Position numbers and translations under genes: made by a program. Below the pieces are notes generated by a model that was not told where the DNA came from, did no database searches, and saw nothing but the letters and a program-made list of their open reading frames with translations. A DNA stretch of 64,000 nucleotides from Patescibacteria group bacterium. GTDB taxonomy: Bacteria; Patescibacteriota; WWE3; UBA101185; 2-01-FULL-41-18. Within the stretch, counting starts at the first letter, position 1, and every line of letters starts with the position of its first letter. Positions 10,159 through 18,154 of the stretch are shown here, piece after piece. The stretch is from positions 99,650 through 163,649 of the forward strand of contig JBBTST010000001.1 in the NCBI GenBank assembly GCA_038064575.1, given 5' to 3'.

Positions 10159-11109
10159 TCAGGATGAGCCAGAATCAAGAAAGTCGCTGAAAAAAGCGGC
10201 TTTTTTGTTTGCTTAACTTTCTCTCTACCCCTTACTTCAAAATTTATTACTAAATAAAAAACCCGACCTGCGCCGAGTGGTTTCAAGTTCTTATGCTGCT
10301 AAACAACTGAAAGGTGCCAACCTACTTTATACTTAATTGACAGCTGTAACGGGCATTCCCGCTTTGTTTTACTCTCCCAAAATAGTAGGATTGGGATTTC
10401 TCCAAAGAGCTCAAGGGTGTCACATTCCCTGTCTAAGCTTTTTAAAACTATACAGTTGTAATATCAGATTTTTGTGGTGGGCGCAATAGATAAAAAGGAA
10501 AGGAGCCAGCAAGCTTAAGATTTCAAATGATCAATAATTTGGATCAATGAAAGAAATCTTAGAAACAGCTTGTCTGGCTCCAATAAGTTCTGGGTGACCC
10601 ACGAGGGTCTAGTTCGAGGGTCACCACAGTGAGACGAGGAGCTACGGGATGGCGGCGGACGGCAGATGCGGGAACCGATCAGGAATCGGGAGTGGCATTG
10701 TCGTAACCTCCTTTCCTTAAGTAGTCCAGTCGATAAGGATAAATTTATCACTTTTAAATTTTGATGCAAGAGGCAATTTTGGGGACAAAAACCACTATCC
10801 CTAAAAGGGTTATTAAAAGTTTGCTATTTGGGGTCAAACGGTTGGTTGATCCGGAAATATCTCTTGGGAGCGTTTTCCGGACCAACCGCTAGGAGTGGGT
10901 TAACTACGATATGGGCTCATGCCCGAGTGCCGCTTCCTGGTCCATTCTTCCGTCTGTGCATTACGGAAACGGATGAACCGGAAACGGCGAGTTGGGAATA
11001 AAGCTCGTCTTCATAGTTTACCCTCCTTTCAAATTAGACATTATCAAAATAGCTTCACTGGTGCAATAAGAAAAGAGACATGCAACAAAACTTATAAGTT
11101 AAAGGTGTG

Positions 11110-11170
11110 AAAAAAAGATTCGGGCCATCGAACAGTAGGAGTCCTCAAGGGAAGCTCTGTTCGATGGCCC
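11110..11170 (-). terminator. Rho-independent terminator of the M24 peptidase gene
   Basis: Perfect 14-bp stem GGGCCATCGAACAG/CTGTTCGATGGCCC at 11122-11135 / 11157-11170; on the minus strand it is followed after 5 nt by T7. Confidence 0.5.
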
Positions 11171-11290
11171 TACCGCCACGTCATCAGTTCAAGTTAGGAA
11201 AGTTATGCATAAATGCCTCCTTTCTCTAAAGAAACCGTGACATGCCAAACTTATAGTAGCAGAAATTTGCGTTTCACAAAATCGGAATTT

Positions 11291-12388
11291 TTACAATTCA
11301 ATAAGATCTGTGGAAAACTTGCCTAAAACCTCCGCCTTATCTTTGCGGCAGACAACAAGATCCTCAATCCTTACCCCACCCCACTCTTTAAAATACAACC
11401 CAGGTTCAATGCTAAAAACCTGCCCTTCTTTCAACCTATCTGAATTCGTCCTTCTGATAGAAGGCGCTTCGTGAATAGCCATGCCTATCCCATGTCCTAA
11501 ACCGTGAATAAACTTATCCTCAAGACCTTCTTTAACAAACACCTCATTAGCAGCGTTAAACACAGAATTTGCCGGAACTCCTGATTTAACTGCCTTAATA
11601 CCCTCATCGTGAGCTTTGACTACCAACCTATGGGTTTTTTTAACCCTCTCAGAAGCCCCACCCAAAGTCAGAACCCTTGTAGAGTCACCGCAGTAACCTT
11701 TGTACAAGGCCCCCCAATCAATTAAGATAAGATCACCCTTCTTAAGTTTGTTTGTGGAGGTTTGGTAGTGAGGAAGAGCAGCATTAGCATTTGTGGCAAC
11801 AATTGACGTAAAAGATTCTCCTTGGGCACCAAGACCAATCATTGCCTTTTTTAGTTTCTCAGCTATTTCTGCTTCAGTTATACCGGTTTTAATCACAGGC
11901 AAGATGGCTGCAAAGCCTGTATAAGTTATTTCCTGAGCTTTTTGCATCAATTTGATTTCTTCTTCCACCTTAATTTCTCTCAGAGCCCCGACTAAAGAGG
12001 TTGTAGCCACCAGGCTTTTTCCCTTTGTTAAGGCAGTGCTAAGCTCCACGAATTCGCTATATTTAAGGTCTTCGCTTTCAAAGCCAATCCTTTTTCCTTT
12101 GTTCTTATTCAAAAACCCAAGGATTAAGGACATAAACTCATTGCGTTCTGGTACAATTGTTATATCAATGTGGGCTGATCTTAATGCTAGGGCCTCATTT
12201 TGATAAAGCCTTGGCGCAAACAGATTCAGTTTTTCACCGTCAAAAATAAGATAGGACTCTCTGTCTTCAGGAACAGCACCTTTAAAACCCGTAAAATAAT
12301 AAATTGAGTAAAAATTAGAAATTAAAAGGCTATCAAGTTTTCTTTTTTGTACAAGATCTTTTAAATTTTTAAGCTTGTCGTCATTCAT
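11291..12388 (-). CDS. Xaa-Pro aminopeptidase / M24 family metallopeptidase
   Basis: Metal-ligand region HGLGHGIGMAIHE plus GQVFSIEPG; N-terminal creatinase-like domain. Confidence 0.8.
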   Translation of the reverse strand: MNDDKLKNLKDLVQKRKLDSLLISNFYSIYYFTGFKGAVPEDRESYLIFDGEKLNLFAPRLYQNEALALRSAHIDITIVPERNEFMSLILGFLNKNKGKRIGFESEDLKYSEFVELSTALTKGKSLVATTSLVGALREIKVEEEIKLMQKAQEITYTGFAAILPVIKTGITEAEIAEKLKKAMIGLGAQGESFTSIVATNANAALPHYQTSTNKLKKGDLILIDWGALYKGYCGDSTRVLTLGGASERVKKTHRLVVKAHDEGIKAVKSGVPANSVFNAANEVFVKEGLEDKFIHGLGHGIGMAIHEAPSIRRTNSDRLKEGQVFSIEPGLYFKEWGGVRIEDLVVCRKDKAEVLGKFSTDLIEL

Positions 12389-12450
12389 ATACTCTTTGTA
12401 ACAGATTTCTAGACCATTATAGGCAGTTGTTTGGGTAAATTACAAAAGAA

Positions 12451-12490
12451 TTTGGAGGAGAAGGGATGTAAAAACATTTCCTTCTCCCCC
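12451..12490 (-). terminator. hairpin plus T-rich tract downstream of the two-peptide unit
   Basis: On the minus strand, GGGAGAAGG ... CCCTTCTCC (9 bp) followed by TCCAAATTCTTTTG. Confidence 0.3.
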
Positions 12491-12508
12491 AATTATGCGC
12501 ACCCCCGG

Positions 12509-12643
12509 TTAGTTTTGGGTTCTACAGAGTTCGCACACTTGTCCTTTGATCACAATTGCCCCACATTGGCACCTGATAAAGGGCGTTCGGGCAAGCTTGC
12601 TAACACACAAAACTCTCTTGGCCTTACGGACTTTGGGAGGCAT
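12509..12643 (-). CDS. small Cys-rich zinc-ribbon-like peptide (44 aa): MPPKVRKAKRVLCVSKLARTPFIRCQCGAIVIKGQVCELCRTQN
   Basis: Starts 10 nt after the stop of the upstream peptide with an ideal SD (TAAGGAGAAAACCATG). Has a CxC...CxxC arrangement and is basic. Confidence 0.3.
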   Translation of the reverse strand: MPPKVRKAKRVLCVSKLARTPFIRCQCGAIVIKGQVCELCRTQN

Positions 12644-12653
12644 GGTTTTCTCC

Positions 12654-12836
12654 TTATTCTCCACCACCACCATGGCGAGGAGTGGACCAGCTTGGCCGGT
12701 TTTGACCTGGCATTTGGGCATTGGCAAACAGGCGACCATACTTTCTAACCTGCCAGACCACCCAAACTCTGCGTGCAACCGCTGCAAGTAAAACAAGCAA
12801 CAGAAGCACCAAAAGAAGCCACATAAGCGGATTCAT
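12654..12836 (-). CDS. small hydrophobic peptide (60 aa, one TM helix): MNPLMWLLLVLLLLVLLAAVARRVWVVWQVRKYGRLFANAQMPGQNRPSWSTPRHGGGGE
   Basis: ATG preceded by AAAAAGGAG; sits in a GC-rich island. Found by re-reading the minus strand, as an internal start within ORF 12654..12947. Confidence 0.3.
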   Translation of the reverse strand: MNPLMWLLLVLLLLVLLAAVARRVWVVWQVRKYGRLFANAQMPGQNRPSWSTPRHGGGGE

Positions 12837-13291
12837 TGTTATTTTTTCTCCTTTTTTAGTTTTTGGGGATGTGACTAGTGTACCAAAAGTCCATGTCCCA
12901 ATGCAAATCCATGTGCTGCAATCAACAGTACAATCGAATTTTGACAAAGCGTCAAGAAACCATCAAAAACCAAGGTCTGGTAAAATTGCCGTTGGTGGGA
13001 AGGAGCTTGCTTGTTCAAAAAGGCTTCCTTCCCACCAATCTAGCTACAAAATCACAAGCAGCAAACGCTAGAAGATTTGCCGCAACGCCATGACCTTAGC
13101 GAACATCCGTGACCGGCCACTCGGGGCGAGTCGGAGGATGCACCGGGTAAGGGCGATTGGGGTAGTTTGTCATCTTCCTTGGCTCCTTTCTTAAGATGTG
13201 TATCCAAAGCAACTTTCTCTTTAGGACACCTCTCAAAGTACAATAATTTGCCTCTCTGAAAGCTATACTAAAACAAGCATTTTTAGTCTAT

Positions 13292-13325
13292 GAAAACAAA
13301 AAAGCTCGGGATTTGATTCCGAGCT
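13292..13325 (-). terminator. Rho-independent terminator (minus strand)
   Basis: On the minus strand, AGCTCGG/CCGAGCT 7-bp stem followed by TTTTTTGTTTTC. Confidence 0.45.
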
Positions 13326-13510
13326 TGTAAAAGTTAATCAATACAAAAACGGAATCACACACCGAGCTTTATGTGATGTCTATACCAAGTGGCTATTGAA
13401 GTGAGTTTGAATACTGTTTCTCCCATGCAAGGGCAGATTACCAAAATATCACTTGGGCGTCAACCACCAAGCCCTCTATACTAATTCACCATCTACAGAC
13501 CACTCCCACA

Positions 13511-13564
13511 TAAACACAAAACCAAAAACAAAGACCCGACTTATCGTTTGAGATAAATCGGGTC
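13511..13564 (-). terminator. Rho-independent terminator (minus strand) ending the candidate sRNA
   Basis: On the minus strand, GACCCGA(TTTATC...GATAA)TCGGGTC composite stem followed by TTTGTTTTTGGTTTTGTG. Confidence 0.45.
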
Positions 13565-13717
13565 AGCCAATAAAAAAGGTACTTGCAAAGGTACAGAACC
13601 CCTTTTACTTTTTTGCGGGGTGTGCCGGCTTAAACCCTTCAGGAAAAGCTTACGCTCTTCAAGAGGGTCCTCCGGGCACAAGAGCCCGCTTTGGGAAAGG
13701 TTGGAGATTCGGTTCGC
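13515..13717 (-). ncRNA. candidate ~200-nt structured sRNA (rod-like fold; 6S-like or novel)
   Basis: Bounded by a sigma70-like promoter and a terminator. 5' and 3' ends form a perfect 11-bp closing helix (plus 13707-13717 cctttgcaagt / plus 13581-13591 acttgcaaagg) with further nested helices. No ORF. Confidence 0.3.
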
Positions 13718-13723
13718 CTTTGC

Positions 13724-13752
13724 AAGTAGTGTCTTTATAGGATTTGTCAAAA
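13724..13752 (-). promoter_or_regulatory. sigma70-like promoter (minus strand): TTGACA-17bp-TATAAA
   Basis: Reverse complement of plus 13747-13752 is TTGACA; reverse complement of plus 13724-13729 is TATAAA; the spacer is 17 nt. Confidence 0.4.
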
Positions 13753-13782
13753 AGATTGTCAAGCGCTCAGTCTCTTGGTCTA

Positions 13783-14175
13783 TTAAGTTTGCGTTTCTTT
13801 CAAAATCAGGGTTTTTCCATCTTTCTCATCTTCCACTAACACAAGCACCCAACCGCGCCCGCTAATCTTATATGTATCACCATCTCTTATAACGCAAAAG
13901 CCCAGAGGGCCAACAATTCTTCCCAAAGTATTTATTACAAACTCAAACTGCCCGCTTAAAACCAAACAGGACTCTTTTCTACCCACATCCTTTGCCATCT
14001 TTACTTCTTCCGGATACTTTCCACCTGTCATCCTGACAATAGCAAAATACTTACTCAATCCAAAAGGTCTCACAACCCAAACTACAGAACCACCACTCAA
14101 CTCATATTTTTTTATGAAAGAATACATAGTGATCTTCTCCTTTAGCAAATTAGGCTTTTCTGAAAAAAGCCTCAC
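13783..14175 (-). CDS. hypothetical protein (possibly cupin-like beta-barrel)
   Basis: 130 aa with no diagnostic motif recognised. Confidence 0.35.
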   Translation of the reverse strand: MRLFSEKPNLLKEKITMYSFIKKYELSGGSVVWVVRPFGLSKYFAIVRMTGGKYPEEVKMAKDVGRKESCLVLSGQFEFVINTLGRIVGPLGFCVIRDGDTYKISGRGWVLVLVEDEKDGKTLILKETQT

Positions 14176-15472
14176 TGAATTTTAAACCTTTTTCCAAAAG
14201 CTCAATGTTAAAGTTTTCATTTGCACCATGCATATTGCAATCATCATTCCCCAATGAAACTAAAAGCGTATCCACCCCTAATATTTCTTTGAAATCTAAA
14301 ACAACCGGAATACCTCCTCCCACAGGCTTAACCAACACCTCTTCCTGAAAAGCGTCTTTCAAAAGCTTTTTCACCTCTTTAACTTTTTGGGAGCTTATGT
14401 CTATTTTGACTGAACCATAAGGAACGCTATGAGAAATCTCATAGTCCACGTATTTTGGAACATTTTTGTTTGCAAAGTCTTTGAATGCTTTCAAGGCAAC
14501 TTCTTCTTTTTGAGAAACAACCGTTCTGAAATTAATTCTAGCCTCTGCCGTAGCAGGAATTATATTTGCATAACCCTCTCCTGTATAACCTGTCTTGATT
14601 CCGGTTACCTGAAGAGTGGGTCTCAAACCGGTTTGAGTATGAAAATCAATACCTACCTCAGTAAGCAAAGCCTTTACACCCGTAGAAGAAAACAAACTCT
14701 TTTTTCCCTGAAACAACACGGAATTGTTTTTCACCTGTTCAGAGGTGATTTTATCAACCCCTTTATAAAATCCGGGAATGGCCACTTTATTATCTTTATC
14801 AAAAAGTTTAGCTAAAAACTTACTAAGTTCATAAGCTGCATTAGGAACAGCCCCACCATAAATTCCTGAATGTAAGTTGTTGTTTGCAGTCTTAAATTTT
14901 AGGGTTAAGTTACAGCCTCCTCTCAAAGAATATTCAATTGTGGGCTTACCTGAAACCACCTCTCCATCTGAAACTAAGATATAGTCAGATATAAGTTTTC
15001 CTTTGTTCTTTTTTATAATTTCTCCAATTTCAGGATTTGAAGTTTCTTCATTACCCTCAATGAGAAACTTCACATTATATTTAAGTTTTCCTTCCTTGAT
15101 TAGTTTTAAAACGGTGAAAATGTGTATTAGAATTTGCCCTTTGTTGTCTACCACACCTCTTGCAACAAGCCTTCCGTTCTTCTCTTCAACTTTAAAAGGC
15201 TCGCCGTCCCAACCGTCTTCTTTTAAAGCCGGCTGAACATCATAGTGACCATAAACCAAAATAGTCTCTTTACTGTTGTTATTAATACTTGCAAACACAA
15301 CTGGGTTTGTTTCCAAACCTTTAAATATTTCCACTTTAAAGTCAGCGGCCTCAAATAGTTGTTTAAGCCAAAAAACAGTCTTTTCAATCTCTTCAATATA
15401 AGACCTATCTGTAGAAACACTTCTAAAGCTTACAAACTCCCCAAGCATCTTTAAATAATTATTATCAAGCAT
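14150..15472 (-). CDS. M20 family metallopeptidase (dipeptidase-like)
   Basis: VYGHYDVQPA motif and GNEETS, typical of M20 dipeptidases. The ORF-table start at 15607 is probably an artefactual extension; the likely start is MLDNNYLK. Confidence 0.7.
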   Translation of the reverse strand: MLDNNYLKMLGEFVSFRSVSTDRSYIEEIEKTVFWLKQLFEAADFKVEIFKGLETNPVVFASINNNSKETILVYGHYDVQPALKEDGWDGEPFKVEEKNGRLVARGVVDNKGQILIHIFTVLKLIKEGKLKYNVKFLIEGNEETSNPEIGEIIKKNKGKLISDYILVSDGEVVSGKPTIEYSLRGGCNLTLKFKTANNNLHSGIYGGAVPNAAYELSKFLAKLFDKDNKVAIPGFYKGVDKITSEQVKNNSVLFQGKKSLFSSTGVKALLTEVGIDFHTQTGLRPTLQVTGIKTGYTGEGYANIIPATAEARINFRTVVSQKEEVALKAFKDFANKNVPKYVDYEISHSVPYGSVKIDISSQKVKEVKKLLKDAFQEEVLVKPVGGGIPVVLDFKEILGVDTLLVSLGNDDCNMHGANENFNIELLEKGLKFSEAFFRKA

Positions 15473-15790
15473 ACTTCCATTTAAATACCAATTAGTTACA
15501 AAAACAACCAAAGCAAAATAAACACCTTTTTTCAAAGATGCTTGGATTGAAGGGCTACCAGCAAGTGCAAACCTTAAGGCTAACACTTTTGACCTGGACC
15601 CCTTCAATCCCCGCTATTCATGCTTTGCAACTCCCCAAAAATCACAAAGCACATTTACTTTTTAAAGCCCTCGTTTAAGCCTTTTACATTAGCGTTCTCC
15701 CAAACAAAATGCATGTGAAGAACTGGTATAAGACTTTCCCCTTATGCTTTTGGTGCCCCGACCATTTTGATCGGAAATTCTTCCAACTAA

Positions 15791-15814
15791 CAAAAAAATC
15801 CGCTTGTAAGCGGA
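15791..15814 (-). terminator. Rho-independent terminator downstream of recJ
   Basis: ATCCGCT-TGTA-AGCGGAT hairpin flanked by an A7 run (plus) / T7 run (minus). Confidence 0.5.
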
Positions 15815-16023
15815 TTATTGTTGGTTGTAAGCTAAAAAGCTAAGAAAAGGCTTAGCCCTTTAGTCTACAACCAACCTTAATAAAGAGTCTGTAACAAGCA
15901 GCCACTCCACCCAAGGTTGGGAGTTTGACATTGTGCATTGACTTGTTCCAAGTTAGTAGACTCTTCATATAGTTTTCAACTTAGGTAAATTTAACAAACA
16001 GTAAAAAATGTGTCAACTGCTTT

Positions 16024-17655
16024 CTATTTTTGAATTTTTAAGTCCTTGATGTGCAAATCAAGACTAAGACGACCGTTATACAGCGACTTTCTGGGGGAGA
16101 AAACTAGATCAACAAGACTTCCCTGTTCAGGTAACTCGCCTTCAAGTTTTTCCACCCCTTGAAAAAATATCCCGTTGAAGCTCTGTTTTGTTTGTGGATC
16201 AGAAAAATAAAACTTGAGATGTCTTTTATCTGCCCCTACCCCCTTACAATCTCTAACCAGTACATTGTTTGACACAAAAACAGGTTCTAAATTCCCAAAA
16301 CCAAAAGGCTCAAACAAAGCTATCTCATCACAAAGCAAAAAAGTTACCATAGCCAGAGGAATTTCCAAATCTATATTTAAAGTAGACACAAGTACCCTTT
16401 CATCAATTTCTGAAAAAGCGCTCGCTTTTAGTTCATTTGTCACCAAAGTAAGATCGGTGGTCTTAAAACTAAAGCCACAGGCCATTGGATGACCCCCAAT
16501 ACTAATAAATCTGTTACTGGACTTTCTTAATAATTCTATTATATCAATTCCTTCAATACTTCTTCCCGAGCCTTTACAAATTTCAGCACCACTGCTTATC
16601 ACAAAAGCAGGTTTATGAAATTCCTGGGCAAGCTTTCCGGCAACAAGGCCTACAACACCCTCATGATAAGAAGGATCTGAAACTACAATTACTTTATCTT
16701 TTGTAAAATCAAGGTTTTTTGCATGATCAAACATTTCTTTAGTTTTTTGCTGTCTCTCATAATTTATTTCATTTAATTTTCTGGCAGTGTCCAGCACAAA
16801 AGTTGCGTTCTCGTTTGTAAGTAAATTCAAGGACAAAAGGGCCGACTCCAGTCTTCCGGAAGCATTGAGTCTTGGAGTTAAGATCCATGACAACTCATAA
16901 GTTGAGATTTTATTAGTATCTATGCCTGAAATATCTATTAAAGCTTTGAGACCAACGGGAGCCATGGAATAAAACTCTTTGAGACCTTCTATTATAATAC
17001 TTCTATTAAAGTTTACTAAAGGCTGTAAATCTGCAACTGTTGCCAAGGCTGCAAGAGCCAGATACTCCTTTCTACCCCCTGCTAAACTAAGACTCAAACA
17101 GTAAGAGATGCCTGCACCGGTTAATTTATCAGACCACAATAAGACGTTGGGTTTTGGCAGAACTTCACCCTTTTTATGATGATCCGTGATTAATATGTCA
17201 AAACCTATTTTTTTAGCGTGTTCACAGGCAGAAACGGCAGTAATCCCACAGTCCACAGTAATTAAAAGGCCGGGAGGATCCAACGGATATGCTTCCTTGA
17301 CCATTTTTACTACCTTTTCTATGGAATCCTCTGACAGACCGTAACCATCATCAAACCTATCTGGAATAAAGGTAAGTATCTTTTCATAACCCAAATCTTT
17401 TTGCACTGTTTTATATAAAATAGCTGTAGCACAAACACCATCTACATCATAATCTCCATAAATTACTATGGGAGAGGCTTTTTTGATGTGTTTCACAATA
17501 ATATCCCTGGCATCTTCAATCTGCCATTTAATTTGATTGACAATTTCAGAAGTATTTACAGGCTTTAAAAAAGATTTATCTAAATTCCTAATTTTTAAAA
17601 GATCATAAGTAAGATCACCCGAATAGGTCCCCTTTATATTCCATTTTTTTTCCAT
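16024..17655 (-). CDS. recJ: single-stranded-DNA-specific exonuclease RecJ
   Basis: DHH motifs (IYGDYDVDGVCA, ITDHH), a DHHA1 region and a C-terminal OB-like domain. Confidence 0.85.
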   Translation of the reverse strand: MEKKWNIKGTYSGDLTYDLLKIRNLDKSFLKPVNTSEIVNQIKWQIEDARDIIVKHIKKASPIVIYGDYDVDGVCATAILYKTVQKDLGYEKILTFIPDRFDDGYGLSEDSIEKVVKMVKEAYPLDPPGLLITVDCGITAVSACEHAKKIGFDILITDHHKKGEVLPKPNVLLWSDKLTGAGISYCLSLSLAGGRKEYLALAALATVADLQPLVNFNRSIIIEGLKEFYSMAPVGLKALIDISGIDTNKISTYELSWILTPRLNASGRLESALLSLNLLTNENATFVLDTARKLNEINYERQQKTKEMFDHAKNLDFTKDKVIVVSDPSYHEGVVGLVAGKLAQEFHKPAFVISSGAEICKGSGRSIEGIDIIELLRKSSNRFISIGGHPMACGFSFKTTDLTLVTNELKASAFSEIDERVLVSTLNIDLEIPLAMVTFLLCDEIALFEPFGFGNLEPVFVSNNVLVRDCKGVGADKRHLKFYFSDPQTKQSFNGIFFQGVEKLEGELPEQGSLVDLVFSPRKSLYNGRLSLDLHIKDLKIQK

Positions 17656-17715
17656 AAGATTGATGAATTCTAGTCTATTCAGTTAGTGTTTGGAAGCTTG
17701 TCCTTAATAAAAGGC

Positions 17716-18114
17716 TTAACTTGGTAGCACGTCTCTTGTGTAACCGGCTATAACTTCTTTAACCATATCGGCAACCTGTTTTGGATCAAATTCACTTTTG
17801 ATTATATATTTAACAGCCCCTTTTAATAATGCCACTTCCGCATCGTGCTGCCCTGCAAGATTTGTCAACATAATCACCGGAATCTTTTTTGTGTCAGGAT
17901 CAGCTTTAAGTTTATCAAGAGTTTCAAAGCCATTCATTTTAGGCATCATAATATCAAGAAGAATCACAGTTGGATGCTCTTTTCTTGCAAGGTCCAACCC
18001 TTCCTGACCATTTGAAGCCAATAACACATCATAGCCGTCAAACATGAAGATCTTCTGATACATCCTAGACATCAAAGGATCATCCTCAATTACTATTATT
18101 AAAATTTTGGCCAT
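17716..18114 (-). CDS. single-domain response regulator (CheY-like receiver)
   Basis: 132 aa; IIVIEDD...VILLDIMMPKMNGFE receiver signature with no output domain. Confidence 0.8.
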   Translation of the reverse strand: MAKILIIVIEDDPLMSRMYQKIFMFDGYDVLLASNGQEGLDLARKEHPTVILLDIMMPKMNGFETLDKLKADPDTKKIPVIMLTNLAGQHDAEVALLKGAVKYIIKSEFDPKQVADMVKEVIAGYTRDVLPS

Positions 18115-18154
18115 GCTTTATTTCCTCATCAGACAACTAAAACTAACCCTAATT

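Noticed and set aside
10283-10320. Minus-strand micro-frame ending ...FSCLAA-stop, reminiscent of a tmRNA tag (LAA-stop)
   Set aside because: No tRNA-like acceptor/T-arm (GGGGGTTCGAxTCCCCC...CCA) exists within 400 nt on either side, and aspS starts ~230 nt downstream. It is a chance match.
10590-10700. Possible TPP riboswitch (GUGAGA and GAACCGAUC elements)
   Set aside because: Lacks the defining CUGAGA in its P2 context and the GCGUAGGGA pyrophosphate-sensing segment. The helices I can draw do not reproduce the THI-box architecture.
10515-10769. ORF 10515..10769(-) 84 aa, Arg/Ser/Pro-rich
   Set aside because: It sits in the GC-rich structured segment and has a low-complexity composition typical of translated GC-rich RNA or structure; no SD is present.
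11121-11170. 14-bp perfect hairpin whose loop (AGGAGUCC-UCAA-GGGAAGC) superficially resembles SRP RNA domain IV
   Set aside because: On the minus strand it is followed by a T7 run and lies 120 nt downstream of the M24 peptidase stop. It behaves as an intrinsic terminator. The stem is perfectly paired (SRP helices are irregular) and the tetraloop is not GNRA.
12431-13243. Overlapping ORFs in the island (12431..12748+, 12546..12791+, 12721..13071+, 12878..13093+, 13052..13243-, 13541..13762-, 13620..13865+)
   Set aside because: They are mutually overlapping, lack SD motifs, and have odd compositions. Only the two SD-led minus-strand micro-ORFs at 12509-12836 look genuine.
13080-13640. RNase P-like sequence fragments in the GC-rich island (GGGTAAGGGCGATTGGGG resembling CR-II; GTGCCGGCTTAAACCC resembling CR-V)
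   Set aside because: The fragments are ~480 nt apart with no CR-I element, and a bona fide rnpB with all conserved regions and compensatory P4 pairing is present at 31633-31960.
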